Origin: a bacterium
GTDB taxonomy: Bacteria; SAR324; XYD2-FULL-50-16
Direction: 5' to 3'
Assembly: GCA_018829445.1 (NCBI GenBank)
Contig: JAHJTV010000055.1
Coordinates: 123,269-187,268, forward strand
Length of the DNA stretch: 64,000 nucleotides
The notes under the pieces were generated by a model that had not been told where the DNA came from, did not search any database, and worked only from the letters and a program-made list of their open reading frames with translations. This document shows positions 1 through 9,367 of this stretch, one piece after another. Every line of letters begins with the position of its first letter. The first letter of the stretch is position 1. The position numbers and the translations under genes were made by a program.

Positions 1-247
1 TGCCCAGGGCTGTTCCGAAAAAAACACCCAGGTATTCCTCGTCCAAGGATCTTTGTTTATAACTGTTGAGACAGTTTACAGCACCGACACAAGCAAACTT
101 TGTCATGTGTCCCAGTCTTCTGGGAGGTTTATTGAGAGTTTGCTTTAAAAGCAGGTCAATCTGGCTGAAAGTTCGGCATCCGGTATCATCAATGTGAGAA
201 CAATCAGCATCAGGTAATATCGAATATGAAGCCAGTATTTCCAGCAA
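1..247 (-). CDS. Beta-ketoacyl synthase-like (CLF-like) protein, N-terminal fragment; the gene continues beyond the left edge
   Basis: Minus-strand translation from TTG at 247-245 (AGGAG 5 nt upstream) reads LLEILASYSILPDADCSHIDDTGCRTFSQIDLLLKQTLNKPPRRLGHMTKFACVGAVNCLN... This is clearly paralogous to the N-terminus of the 2849-3805 product (RDILSAFAILPDS...APRRIGYMTKYACIGAVGCLKN). It is absent from the ORF track because it is edge-truncated. Confidence 0.6.
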   Translation of the reverse strand, partial: MLEILASYSILPDADCSHIDDTGCRTFSQIDLLLKQTLNKPPRRLGHMTKFACVGAVNCLNSYKQRSLDEEYLGVFFGTALG

Positions 248-288
248 GTTAACTCCTGGTGATTGATTGGGGTATTTTGATTAACAGA

Positions 289-1554
289 TCAAACTGCCTT
301 TTTTTGTTTTACAAATGTCCTTTTTTTCCTGGGATTGTAGCGACGATAGGTTCCATCCTCGATTTCCCGCTGGACAACTTTCATAAACATGTCAGCCATT
401 TTCACCTGGTATCCGCCGCTTGAATAAAAGGTATCCCAGGCATAATGATACAATTCCTGAAGTTTCTCCGGTGTCATCAGCTTGGGCTGAAAAACAACCT
501 TATCACAGGTATACTCAATCCAGTTATTACTGAAAATCCGGCCTTCCGCTTCCAGTTGTGCCCGAATAGGTGAATGGAGAAATGGTGTCAGAATTGTAAA
601 CTCGGCTATATCCACATCAATCTGAATCAGGTAGTCGACTAGTTCTTTGATGGTTGATTCGTCATGGGTATCGGTACCAAGCAGTATTGTGCCTTCTATT
701 CCGATTCCATGATCTTTGAGGCGGTTTATCCGGTTGCGAATGACGTCTTTTGTGTCAAAGATGGCTTGATAAACGTACCAGCAACCTGCATTTGCGGCTG
801 CTTTTATGACTTCTTCATCGTCCAGCAGGGGATGGGATACCCACTTACGCTTTAATGGGGCGATGGCAGCAAACAGTTCCAAAAGCCAGTTTTTATCGTG
901 AGCCAGAGAATTATCCACAATGAACAGTCTGTTATTGGGGATTGATTCGATCTCTTCAACAACCTTTTTCACCGGTCTGGGTCTGAATTGTTTTCCGCCC
1001 AGGTACCCGGTACAACAGGGAAAGCAGTTGTAAATACATCCCCTGGAAGCATGTACCAGATCCAGCATCTGTAAGTCACGATAGTTGTAAAGAGGACGAT
1101 CTAATATGTCCCGACGAGCGGTGCCCACCAATCCGATATCCGGATAATTATTCAGATAGTCATATTTTCTTTTCAGATTTCCCTGTTCAAAGTCTTTCAT
1201 TACTTTGGAAATTCTCCCTTCAGCTTCTCCCAGAAAGACGGAATCGGAATGTTCCATCACCTCTTCCCAGTGCAGCATGGTAGCGATGCCACCAAATATG
1301 ACCGGCTTTCCCTTTTCCCGGTAAGCATCTGCTATCTCAAAAGCCCGGGGCAGTTGACAGGTAAGCATAACTGACATCGCCACCAGATCAACAGACTCAT
1401 CGAATTTCATCTCCTGCACGTTTTCATCAATAAACGTCAGGTCAATATGTTCGGGTATTTCAGCTGCAAAAACAACGGGACCATGAGGAGGAAGGTGAAA
1501 TTCGGTTTGATGCTCAAGCTTAGGCCATGAGGGGTATACGATCTGAATTTTCAT
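289..1554 (-). CDS. B12-binding domain radical SAM protein
   Basis: 421-aa ORF with ATG start. The N-terminal region resembles a cobalamin-binding Rossmann domain, followed by the radical SAM CX3CX2C motif (ASRGCIYNCFPCC). Confidence 0.85.
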   Translation of the reverse strand: MKIQIVYPSWPKLEHQTEFHLPPHGPVVFAAEIPEHIDLTFIDENVQEMKFDESVDLVAMSVMLTCQLPRAFEIADAYREKGKPVIFGGIATMLHWEEVMEHSDSVFLGEAEGRISKVMKDFEQGNLKRKYDYLNNYPDIGLVGTARRDILDRPLYNYRDLQMLDLVHASRGCIYNCFPCCTGYLGGKQFRPRPVKKVVEEIESIPNNRLFIVDNSLAHDKNWLLELFAAIAPLKRKWVSHPLLDDEEVIKAAANAGCWYVYQAIFDTKDVIRNRINRLKDHGIGIEGTILLGTDTHDESTIKELVDYLIQIDVDIAEFTILTPFLHSPIRAQLEAEGRIFSNNWIEYTCDKVVFQPKLMTPEKLQELYHYAWDTFYSSGGYQVKMADMFMKVVQREIEDGTYRRYNPRKKRTFVKQKKAV

Positions 1555-1666
1555 TATCTTTTTTTCTTATAGTCTTATTGATTAATTTTTACGGAATCCA
1601 TAACACCCTGGTTACCACTAAAAGGCAAAGACCCAGGAGTTAAAACCAAAAGTTCTCAGATTGCTG

Positions 1667-2818
1667 TTACTGGGCAGTCATCAAGGCAAATCCCATGGAA
1701 AAACGTCCACTTTCCGGAACGGCCAGGAGGATCTTATTTCCGGGTTCAATTTTTCCTGAATGATATAGTTCATCCAACATTAGGTAGATAGAGGCAGAGC
1801 CAATATTACCAACTGTAGCCAGGTTCAAAAACCAGTTGGTTCGGGGTAGTTGAACATCACTTTCAATAAAGCCTTTTTCCAGTTCATCTGCAAAGAGGTG
1901 AGAGGAGACATGGGGCAGAAAGTAATCGATTTCTTTGAACTCAAATCCGTGTTTTTCACTGGACATCTTTAAAGAGCGAATACCGATATTGACCATATGC
2001 TCATTTAGCAACCGTACATCCTGTTTTAGCGATAAAATAGAGTCATTACCAAGTTCTTCCACTGAATAATCCCTAAACCCGGTTAATGACCCATCTTCAT
2101 TCTTGTTCGCTCCCATGTACATACAAACCGGTAGCTCATGTGCAAAAGAATAGAGATCAATCCATTCAACCTTCAGGGAGAGTCCTTCCGGGTTTGGTTT
2201 ATTCTCAAGAAAAAACGCACCCGCTCCATCCGACAACATCCATCTCAGAAATTCCTTTTCAAAAGAGAGTACCGGTTTTTTCTTGATACTTTCCAACTTC
2301 CGGTTTTGAATCTCATCCTCAAACTGGGTTCCGCGCATACAAGCAGAGGACAACTCAGACCCGGTGCAAACAGCATTTCTGGTTTGACCTGAAAGAACGG
2401 AAAGAAAACCATACTTAAATGCTTGCATGCCTGAAGAGCAAACTCCCGAAGTCGAAATGACCTCACAGTGAGGTGACTTAATTTCACCGTGAACCATAAC
2501 GGCATGAGATGGAAGCAACTGATCAGGGGAGGAGGTGCCGCAAGCCAGACACTCGATATCATCCAGGGACAATCCTTCTCCGCTCAACCGTCGGACGGCT
2601 TCAGCCGTCATCTGAGCGTTGGAATGAGTCCTTTGACCGCTATTTTTATCAATGGCATAATAGCGTGTCAGAATCCCGTTTATCCTCAATACAAGCTTTT
2701 TTACTTTCGATTCCCGATTATCGATCATTCCCAGGTATGATTCCATCTCATCGTTGGAAATGGCTTCATTGGGAAGAAAAGATGCAGTCCGGTTCAGGTA
2801 TACGTTCTCCAGTTTCAT
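1667..2818 (-). CDS. KAS III (FabH/DarB-like) 3-oxoacyl-ACP synthase family condensing enzyme
   Basis: Thiolase-fold KAS III-like N-terminus (MKLENVYLNRTASFLPNEAISNDEME...INGILTRYYA), nucleophile context SGVCSSGMQA, C-terminal GNIGSASIYL. I prefer the ATG at 2818 to the TTG at 2827 used by the ORF track. Confidence 0.8.
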   Translation of the reverse strand: MKLENVYLNRTASFLPNEAISNDEMESYLGMIDNRESKVKKLVLRINGILTRYYAIDKNSGQRTHSNAQMTAEAVRRLSGEGLSLDDIECLACGTSSPDQLLPSHAVMVHGEIKSPHCEVISTSGVCSSGMQAFKYGFLSVLSGQTRNAVCTGSELSSACMRGTQFEDEIQNRKLESIKKKPVLSFEKEFLRWMLSDGAGAFFLENKPNPEGLSLKVEWIDLYSFAHELPVCMYMGANKNEDGSLTGFRDYSVEELGNDSILSLKQDVRLLNEHMVNIGIRSLKMSSEKHGFEFKEIDYFLPHVSSHLFADELEKGFIESDVQLPRTNWFLNLATVGNIGSASIYLMLDELYHSGKIEPGNKILLAVPESGRFSMGFALMTAQ

Positions 2819-2848
2819 ACAAATCAATGTGAAGATTGTTGCAGTTAT

Positions 2849-3805
2849 TTATAAATTACGATTGTTCAGTCTGAATATCATTATTGCTGCCTGGTTTCCC
2901 TTGTCTTGAGCCAGGTGCAAGTACAGACCCGATGGATGAGCACTATTTATTATATCGGCAATTCCGGCTGCTGACGCAGTCGGATAAATGCCTGTTTTCT
3001 CAAGGTAATGAACCATGTGAACCTTCGGGAATGAATTGGATAGTTCTTCCACAAAAGCACAGTCTATTCTCAAACCGGGTAAAATAAAAACCGACTCCTG
3101 TTCTTCCTTGAAGAGATCCATCGCTTTTTGTATCTCTTCAAGAAAAACTTCCGAAAGGTCTTCATTATTAGCAAATCTGAACATTCTGACATCTAAAAAC
3201 TCTCCAAGGGAGTGATCGGAATCCCTCCCCAGCAACAGCCAGCCTGTTCCTTCCCCAAAAGCTGTCTCCTCAGACAATCCCAAGGCATTGCTCAATTCAC
3301 GATTTGTCCCGAAACAACAATCGGTACCACCGATCAAACTCATCTCAATTGATTGCGACTCGAACGCCAGGCATGATGACAGCATCGCCCCCTCAAATGA
3401 AAGCTCGTCTTGGGAAATCAGTATGTTTGGTCCTCTGGCACCGGTCAATACGGCAATATTAAACGAGGACATATTGCTCAAAGACATTGAGAATCGGATG
3501 GGAGATGGCAGTTGATTCTCCTCTTTAAAAATCTGTTGTTGGACAATATGGGTTTCATTTATATTTCCAAGAGCCGAGCCATGGAAGATGCCCAGTGTTT
3601 TCCCCTCGTTACCTGCTTGGTTCCAGTTTTTGAGACAACCAACAGCACCAATACATGCATATTTTGTCATATAACCGATTCGCCGAGGAGCTTTTGCCAG
3701 CACCTGCATTTTTATATCTTCTAAATTGCGGCAGGTCCGCCGACCGGTTTCAGCGTCCGGGTTTGAATCCGGTAAAATGGCAAAGGCCGAAAGAATATCT
3801 CTCAA
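2849..3805 (-). CDS. Beta-ketoacyl synthase-like protein lacking the active-site Cys (chain-length-factor-like partner)
   Basis: 318 aa, TTG start. It aligns by eye to the KS fold, but the nucleophile position of the neighbouring KS (YSTSCTSSANAL) corresponds here to LISQDELSFEGAM, with no Cys. Confidence 0.7.
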   Translation of the reverse strand: MRDILSAFAILPDSNPDAETGRRTCRNLEDIKMQVLAKAPRRIGYMTKYACIGAVGCLKNWNQAGNEGKTLGIFHGSALGNINETHIVQQQIFKEENQLPSPIRFSMSLSNMSSFNIAVLTGARGPNILISQDELSFEGAMLSSCLAFESQSIEMSLIGGTDCCFGTNRELSNALGLSEETAFGEGTGWLLLGRDSDHSLGEFLDVRMFRFANNEDLSEVFLEEIQKAMDLFKEEQESVFILPGLRIDCAFVEELSNSFPKVHMVHYLEKTGIYPTASAAGIADIINSAHPSGLYLHLAQDKGNQAAIMIFRLNNRNL

Positions 3806-3833
3806 GGTTTATATTTTCTGAAATACATGTGAG

Positions 3834-4994
3834 TTAAACTTCGATGACAATCGAAACCATATTGCCACCGAATCCGAAAGAATTAAAGAGAAAACAACCG
3901 TTTTTCACTTCAAGATTCTCAGATAATGGTTTTAAGTTTATATCAGGGTCTAACTCTGAAAAACCGATACTGGCCGGAATAAATCCCCTTTGGATACAGC
4001 TGAGAAAAGCCACAATCTCAATGATACCAGAGGCTCCCAACGCATGTCCAAAATAGCGTTTGAGAGACACAAATGGCGGAACCCTATCCTTGAATACCCG
4101 TACCAATGCCCTGCCTTCGGCGAGATCGTTATTTGGACTTCCTGTTCCATGGGTTTTAACAGCCTTAATCATTTCAGCTTTGATTCCAGCATCTGCTATT
4201 GCCGATTCCATTGCTCGTGCACCTTCAATTCCAGTTTCCTCTGAAGCTGTCGGATGGGATAAATCACAACTGTTAAAACCTGATAAAATGACTGGATCGA
4301 CAGAATCATCGTTAGAGGAAACTTTTTCCAGAAGAATTGCAGCTGCTCCCTCTCCCAACAGTAATCCCGATCGATTTCTGTCAAAAGGAAAGCATCCTTT
4401 GGAATCCAGCAATGACAACGAGGAAAATCCACGCACCGATACGGAAGTTAAAGACTCTGTTCCCACAACCAGAACCCTTTCAGCACGATTTGACTGCAGC
4501 AGCTGAACACCTTGAACCAAGGCGTTGGCAGAGGAGGTACAACTGGTACTATACGTCAGGACAATACCGGTCAATCCAATTCTTTCAGCGATTCTGCTCG
4601 ATAAGGTTCCTGCCATGGAACCTTGGCCAAACAGGATCGAATCATGCTTATTGCCATTAGCCAAATCCTTACGGATCTTATGTTCCCATTCAAGTGCATC
4701 TACAGTCGTGTTACCTAACAATAATGCTGCATTTGACAGTATGCTAGTATTGACCGCAAGTCCTGCGTCTTCAAGCGCTTCTTCGATTGCCAGCAAAGCA
4801 AATTCGTCATTGCGGTTTACGGTGTCAGCAGGAATATCCTCAATCTGACAAACGGGAATCGATTCTCGATTGGGAAATAGAGTCAAAGGAGAGATTCGAT
4901 CAGAGTTTTGTTTAAGCATTTCAACATTTTTTGTCTTCCCTTTTCCCAGAGCTGAAATGATGCCCATTCCTTTGACTGCAATTTTATCAGGCAT
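3834..4994 (-). CDS. Beta-ketoacyl-ACP synthase (FabF/KS II-like, Cys-His-His)
   Basis: 386 aa, ATG start. Motif contexts: YSTSCTSSANAL (Cys), THGTGSPNND (His), FGHALGASG (His), C-terminal NSFGFGGN. Confidence 0.88.
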   Translation of the reverse strand: MPDKIAVKGMGIISALGKGKTKNVEMLKQNSDRISPLTLFPNRESIPVCQIEDIPADTVNRNDEFALLAIEEALEDAGLAVNTSILSNAALLLGNTTVDALEWEHKIRKDLANGNKHDSILFGQGSMAGTLSSRIAERIGLTGIVLTYSTSCTSSANALVQGVQLLQSNRAERVLVVGTESLTSVSVRGFSSLSLLDSKGCFPFDRNRSGLLLGEGAAAILLEKVSSNDDSVDPVILSGFNSCDLSHPTASEETGIEGARAMESAIADAGIKAEMIKAVKTHGTGSPNNDLAEGRALVRVFKDRVPPFVSLKRYFGHALGASGIIEIVAFLSCIQRGFIPASIGFSELDPDINLKPLSENLEVKNGCFLFNSFGFGGNMVSIVIEV

Positions 4995-5037
4995 GTCTTA
5001 AATAGTTGTAATAATTATTGATTACTCCCCGGTATGG

Positions 5038-5298
5038 TTAGTTCTGACGCTCTTTTTCCACAAATCCAGCCAAGGTGTTAGCCGATTCCAGGATTTCAAT
5101 GGCAGTACTTTTGTTTTCAATCTTTATACCGTATTTTTTCTGAATTACAATTACTATCTCAAGGACATCCAATGAATCGAGTTCCAAATCAGCGGCTGGC
5201 CCGAGGAGAGGATCATCATGTCCAATGGCACCCTCTTCATAGCCGTCAATTTCACAAACATCGAAAATCAGTTTTATTAATTCTTCTTGTAAACTCAC
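5038..5298 (-). CDS. Acyl carrier protein
   Basis: 86 aa, GTG start, acidic, with the phosphopantetheine attachment motif LELDSLDVLEIV. First gene of the cassette. Confidence 0.85.
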   Translation of the reverse strand: MSLQEELIKLIFDVCEIDGYEEGAIGHDDPLLGPAADLELDSLDVLEIVIVIQKKYGIKIENKSTAIEILESANTLAGFVEKERQN

Positions 5299-6233
5299 AG
5301 TTCGGTTGATGGTTTTGTTTTAGGTTTTCGATTTAGTCAGTAGCATATTTTAAGTTATTGACTAGTTTTACACAAACACTATCGATTTGCACAATAATAT
5401 TCAATCAGGAATACTTGCAGCTGTGATCTATTATTGTCTTTTTTGATATCTTTATTTCTTTTGTAAAATCTTTTTTTTCTTATCAGCAGTTTTTAATTAC
5501 TTGAAAAGTTAAACAACCATAACAAATTAATCCATTTTGTTCGGTTTTGTTCTCATGACCTTGCCCTTCTAAGCAGGATCAAAAAATACTGGGTTTATCA
5601 ATATCCTGTGATCATACAATTAAACGCTTCCGTTGCCCATCAAAAAACCTACAGAAACGTATCTGCCAATTATATTCGTAAAACATTTAAACCCATTTTG
5701 CCAGTTCAGCATAACGATTATACTGATACATTCGTCATTTCTTTTGCAAATGTCAAATAACGATTAAAGGCGAAGGAAGTGCGCCGGAGGCAAAAAATAC
5801 GTGTTAGATCATGAATTAATGGCTCATGAGGAAAGAGAAAAAAAGCATTGTCTCATTTTTTTCTTGGCAATCGGAAAAAACTTTTTATTAACGCAGTATT
5901 AAAGACATTTTGTTTTCCTATTGATTCTCTCTTTCGGGTTATTTATCAGATACCTAGTTAGGAAATATTTAAAAAAACGTCGTGATAATCGATCACCAGT
6001 TCTTAAATACAGCCCCCAATAACTGATTAAAAACAACTATTTTGAATAAAGAAAAAATAACACTGACGTTTCCTATTTACATCTGTTATGCTCAATCTTT
6101 GAGTTAGAGAAAACTCGAAAATTAACCCGGTTTTGTTTTAAAACCGGTAGCACTCTGATTGAAAGTACCATTTGTGATTTAAGTGGATGCTGGAAGTTAG
6201 TAGATTGAATAATAATTATTTGGAGTATCCACA

Positions 6234-6434
6234 ATGATCGAAGGTACAGTTAAATGGTTTAACGATAGTAAAGGTTACGGTTTTATTGAGCAGGAAAATG
6301 GCGACGATGTATTTGTTCATCATTCCGCTATTAATGGCAACGGTTTCAAATCCCTGCAGGAAGGTGACCGAGTCACTTTTGAAATCGAACAAGGTCAAAA
6401 AGGACCAGCCGCTGTAAGCGTTACTGTTAAGTAG
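6234..6434 (+). CDS. cspA: Cold-shock protein, CspA family
   Basis: 66 aa with RNP1/RNP2 motifs KGYGFI and VFVHH. The whole sequence is typical of a CSD protein. Confidence 0.95.
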   Translation: MIEGTVKWFNDSKGYGFIEQENGDDVFVHHSAINGNGFKSLQEGDRVTFEIEQGQKGPAAVSVTVK

Positions 6435-6483
6435 TACGATAGCAATATCACCGGATTAAGATAACATCAGCCAATCCGGACTA

Positions 6484-6512
6484 AAAAGCCTCCCTCTGGG
6501 AGGTTTTTTTTT
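6484..6512. terminator. Bidirectional Rho-independent terminator between cspA (+) and the GNAT gene (-)
   Basis: Sequence aaaaagCCTCCCtctGGGAGGttttttttt: a 6-bp GC stem (6489-6494 / 6498-6503) and 3-nt loop, with an A-run 5' and a T9 run 3'. Confidence 0.8.
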
Positions 6513-6633
6513 GCCCAAAATTTTCTGTTTGAATAAATTCTGTAGGGTTGTCCCCAACACCCGGATAGAAAAGAAACCTCTTTGACTATTTTCTTCGACG
6601 TAAATAAACACAATTTTATAGTATAACAATCCT

Positions 6634-7134
6634 TTATTGAAAAGGATGGAATCGTTTTTGCGTCTCAATAGTCTTCAGATCCAGTTCCATATAAATCGTG
6701 GTGGGGTCCGGATTATAACGATAGGGCCCGATCTCTCTGAATCCCAGGCTTCGATACAGAGCAGTAGCAGCAGTCAGACGATCGAGAGTATCCAATCGCA
6801 TCTTTTCATATCCCTGGTCTTTTGCCTCACTGATTAACGCTTCGCACAAACTACGACCGACTCCCCCACCCTTATACCGGTCATAAACGAATAAACGTTT
6901 CATCTCGCAAACAGTGGGTTGGAACAACCTGAAACCAACCCCTCCGACTAATTCGCTGTTGTCCCATGCCAGGAGAAATATGCCATTTGGGTGGCCATAC
7001 ATAAATGAAAACCTCTCCAACTCTTTTTCGATATCCTGAAATCCCAAATCCATATTGAGCCAATCCATATAATCCCGGGTGATACGAATGGCCAGGGAAA
7101 AATCGGAATGACTGATACAACGTTTTATATTCAT
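6634..7134 (-). CDS. GNAT family N-acetyltransferase
   Basis: 166 aa with an acetyl-CoA binding motif region (YKGGGVGRSLCEALISEAKDQGYEKMRLDT). Confidence 0.8.
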   Translation of the reverse strand: MNIKRCISHSDFSLAIRITRDYMDWLNMDLGFQDIEKELERFSFMYGHPNGIFLLAWDNSELVGGVGFRLFQPTVCEMKRLFVYDRYKGGGVGRSLCEALISEAKDQGYEKMRLDTLDRLTAATALYRSLGFREIGPYRYNPDPTTIYMELDLKTIETQKRFHPFQ

Positions 7135-7176
7135 TATGTGTTGAAAGGAATCTTTTTGATACGAATGGTTTTTATT

Positions 7177-8316
7177 TTAGTTTTTCTTTTTCTTAAGCTC
7201 CTTCCCATTCCGGGAGTCATTCCAATAACGAGCAGTCCAGTCAAAAGCATTCTGAGGGGGATCAACTTTTTCCGATTTTTCCACCAGAACCAGGGATTTG
7301 GTAGGGCACTTAACGACACAAACACCGCAGCCGATGCAGACATTTGGTGTGAGTCTGGGTACCTTGGCTTTCTTGTTGAGATCCGCATCTGCAGTCGGAT
7401 AATCGACAAGGACTAACGCTTCCATGGGACAACGTTTTACACAAAGTCCGCATCCTTTGCACGTAACAGAGGTGGTTTGAACTTCAAAATTGGATTGATC
7501 CAGTGCTTTGTGATGATCTAACTGATAATAGGATTCAAACATGAAGCAGTAATCCTTATCACAATTACAGATCGTATCAGGTTTGTCCTGCCAGTTCGAC
7601 AAACCGTGAACCAGACCCGCATCAGCGCTCTTCTTTAAAATCTCTTCTGTCTCTTCCCTTGTGATTTCACGTCCCAGCCCATTCTCAACAATATAATGAC
7701 CCAAGGCATCAAAATGCAGACAGACCTCCATTGGCTTTTTGCTGTTTGCATAATCACCATCCAGGTTTTTCCGATGGCGGCAGGGACAGTGGGAAACGGT
7801 GTAGTACTGAAAGTAATCCAGGAGTTTTACTACATCTTCATAAGGTTTGATTGTCGTGTTTGGTAAAATCGTCTCCCGAATAGGCAGTGTTCGCAGGGCC
7901 TTATGTTCAGCCTTGGCAAAACCATCCATGGCACCGTTCAGCACATAAGAGTTGGCTGGAGGAGCAATGTTCCTGGATAATTCATCCTCTTTTCCCGGCC
8001 AGAAACTGGATCGGAATATGGCAAAAAAGACGTCGTTAAGACCATAGCGGACGTTTCCGTTTTTCCGGTCCTTCCAGACCAGACCCCTGGCAGCCATTTC
8101 ATCCAGCTTTGCTGTCAGTGCAGATTCATCAATTGTTCTTAATTCCACCAGTTCTTTGATGGGTGTTTTTCGAAACGGTAAACCGGTCAAAAATTCAGCG
8201 TCTTCAGGAGAGTAACGTGCCCGAATCAGTGGAAGAAGATATTCTGACTCCGGCAGACCGTACCAGGATTGCTTTTGCCATTGCATAAACCCTTCGTAGA
8301 TATCCTTTTCTGACAT
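7177..8316 (-). CDS. 4Fe-4S dicluster domain protein with a Cys-rich central region
   Basis: 379 aa. Two ferredoxin-type motifs (CKGCGLCVKRCP, CIGCGVCVVKCP) plus upstream Cys clusters (HCPCRH, CNCDKDYC). Confidence 0.75.
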   Translation of the reverse strand: MSEKDIYEGFMQWQKQSWYGLPESEYLLPLIRARYSPEDAEFLTGLPFRKTPIKELVELRTIDESALTAKLDEMAARGLVWKDRKNGNVRYGLNDVFFAIFRSSFWPGKEDELSRNIAPPANSYVLNGAMDGFAKAEHKALRTLPIRETILPNTTIKPYEDVVKLLDYFQYYTVSHCPCRHRKNLDGDYANSKKPMEVCLHFDALGHYIVENGLGREITREETEEILKKSADAGLVHGLSNWQDKPDTICNCDKDYCFMFESYYQLDHHKALDQSNFEVQTTSVTCKGCGLCVKRCPMEALVLVDYPTADADLNKKAKVPRLTPNVCIGCGVCVVKCPTKSLVLVEKSEKVDPPQNAFDWTARYWNDSRNGKELKKKKN

Positions 8317-8349
8317 TCCTGCCTCCCATAATCTATATTGTCAACATTC

Positions 8350-8787
8350 TCAAATCTCTGCCAAAGCTTGCTCTGAGTAGTCCCTAATCTTTTGGAGCAT
8401 GGACCGGAACTGTTTTTGCTCGTCCCCATTTAAGCACTTCAAAAATATTTCATTGGCACGGATAGCCTCCAGAAATGTTTCTTTCACCAATTCTTTACCT
8501 TGCTTTGTTAAACAAATGACGATGGCGCGTCGGTCATTGGGGTGCTGATTTCGCGTAATCAACTCCACTTTTTCAAGACGATCCAGAATTCCGGTCAATG
8601 TTGCACTATCCAACATTGTCTTGTCTCCCAGCTCCTTTGAAGTAACATTATCCTGCACGCAAAGAAAATTAAGGATCATGCCCTGAACGGCGGTTACATT
8701 AAATCCGGACATGGCTTTTTTCCAGACCTTATTGCCAACCTGGTTTGTTTTTGCAAGTTGATAAAAAATACAATCTTCCGGTTTCAT
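8350..8787 (-). CDS. MarR family transcriptional regulator
   Basis: 145 aa with a winged-helix pattern (LTGILDRLEKVELITRNQHPNDRRAIVICLTKQG). Confidence 0.85.
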   Translation of the reverse strand: MKPEDCIFYQLAKTNQVGNKVWKKAMSGFNVTAVQGMILNFLCVQDNVTSKELGDKTMLDSATLTGILDRLEKVELITRNQHPNDRRAIVICLTKQGKELVKETFLEAIRANEIFLKCLNGDEQKQFRSMLQKIRDYSEQALAEI

Positions 8788-8872
8788 TGGGACTTGGATT
8801 AATTACAGCCAAACGTTGAGAAAGAATCGAAAAAAAAGAAAATTCTATTCGTTAAACCAAAAAGAGCAATTA

Positions 8873-8934
8873 ACTCGCATGCAAGTATATTGAGCACTAG
8901 ATAAACTTGTCAATAAATGAATTCTTCTGACAAG
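8873..8934. promoter_or_regulatory. Candidate MarR operator region (two imperfect or spaced inverted repeats)
   Basis: ACTCGCATGCAAGT (8873-8886) is a 14-nt palindrome with 2 mismatched positions. CTTGTCA (8906-8912) and TGACAAG (8928-8934) are inverted repeats. Both lie 85-150 nt upstream of the MarR start. Confidence 0.3.
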
Positions 8935-9038
8935 AGAATTTGGCTTTTTAATTAGACACAATATAACAGTCGAGTGCAATACATTGGATTAAAGTGTCGA
9001 ATTTTCCTTTAATAGAGGGGACAGAAAAATCAGCCTTA

Positions 9039-9320
9039 TTAAAACGGCTTATCTTCCCTGTATTTTTTCTTCCAGTCCTTGAGATCGATGAATTCAAGGG
9101 TTTCTGATCCGCCGGAGTATGACATGTAAATCCAACCGCCACACCACTTGGATGTTTCTTTCAGTTTCTCCACCTCTGCGTCACTCAGAAGGTCCTGGTT
9201 ACCGGAGATTTCGTTCCATAATTCGAACTCCAGGCCGAATTCCCATTCTTTATTGTAATGTTTTAGACTAAGTTTGATCATTAAGTCAGCTAATTGCTGC
9301 GCCGGACCTTTTAACAGCAT
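9039..9320 (-). CDS. Hypothetical small protein (93 aa)
   Basis: ATG start with AGGAG 8 nt upstream. Begins 47 nt after the 463-aa gene on the same strand. No motif recognised. Confidence 0.5.
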   Translation of the reverse strand: MLLKGPAQQLADLMIKLSLKHYNKEWEFGLEFELWNEISGNQDLLSDAEVEKLKETSKWCGGWIYMSYSGGSETLEFIDLKDWKKKYREDKPF

Positions 9321-9367
9321 GATTCGATCTCCTGGTTACGTGAATCAAGAATTAACAAAAATAGTTT

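Noticed and set aside
2086-4848. Numerous 60-150-codon plus-strand ORFs inside the KAS III, KS-like and KS genes. Similar shadow ORFs occur inside hutU, hutI, the Opp genes, the NCS2 permease and the Liv genes.
   Set aside because: They lie antisense to, or out of frame with, long ORFs that carry clear family motifs, and they have low-complexity translations and no RBS. These are typical shadow ORFs.
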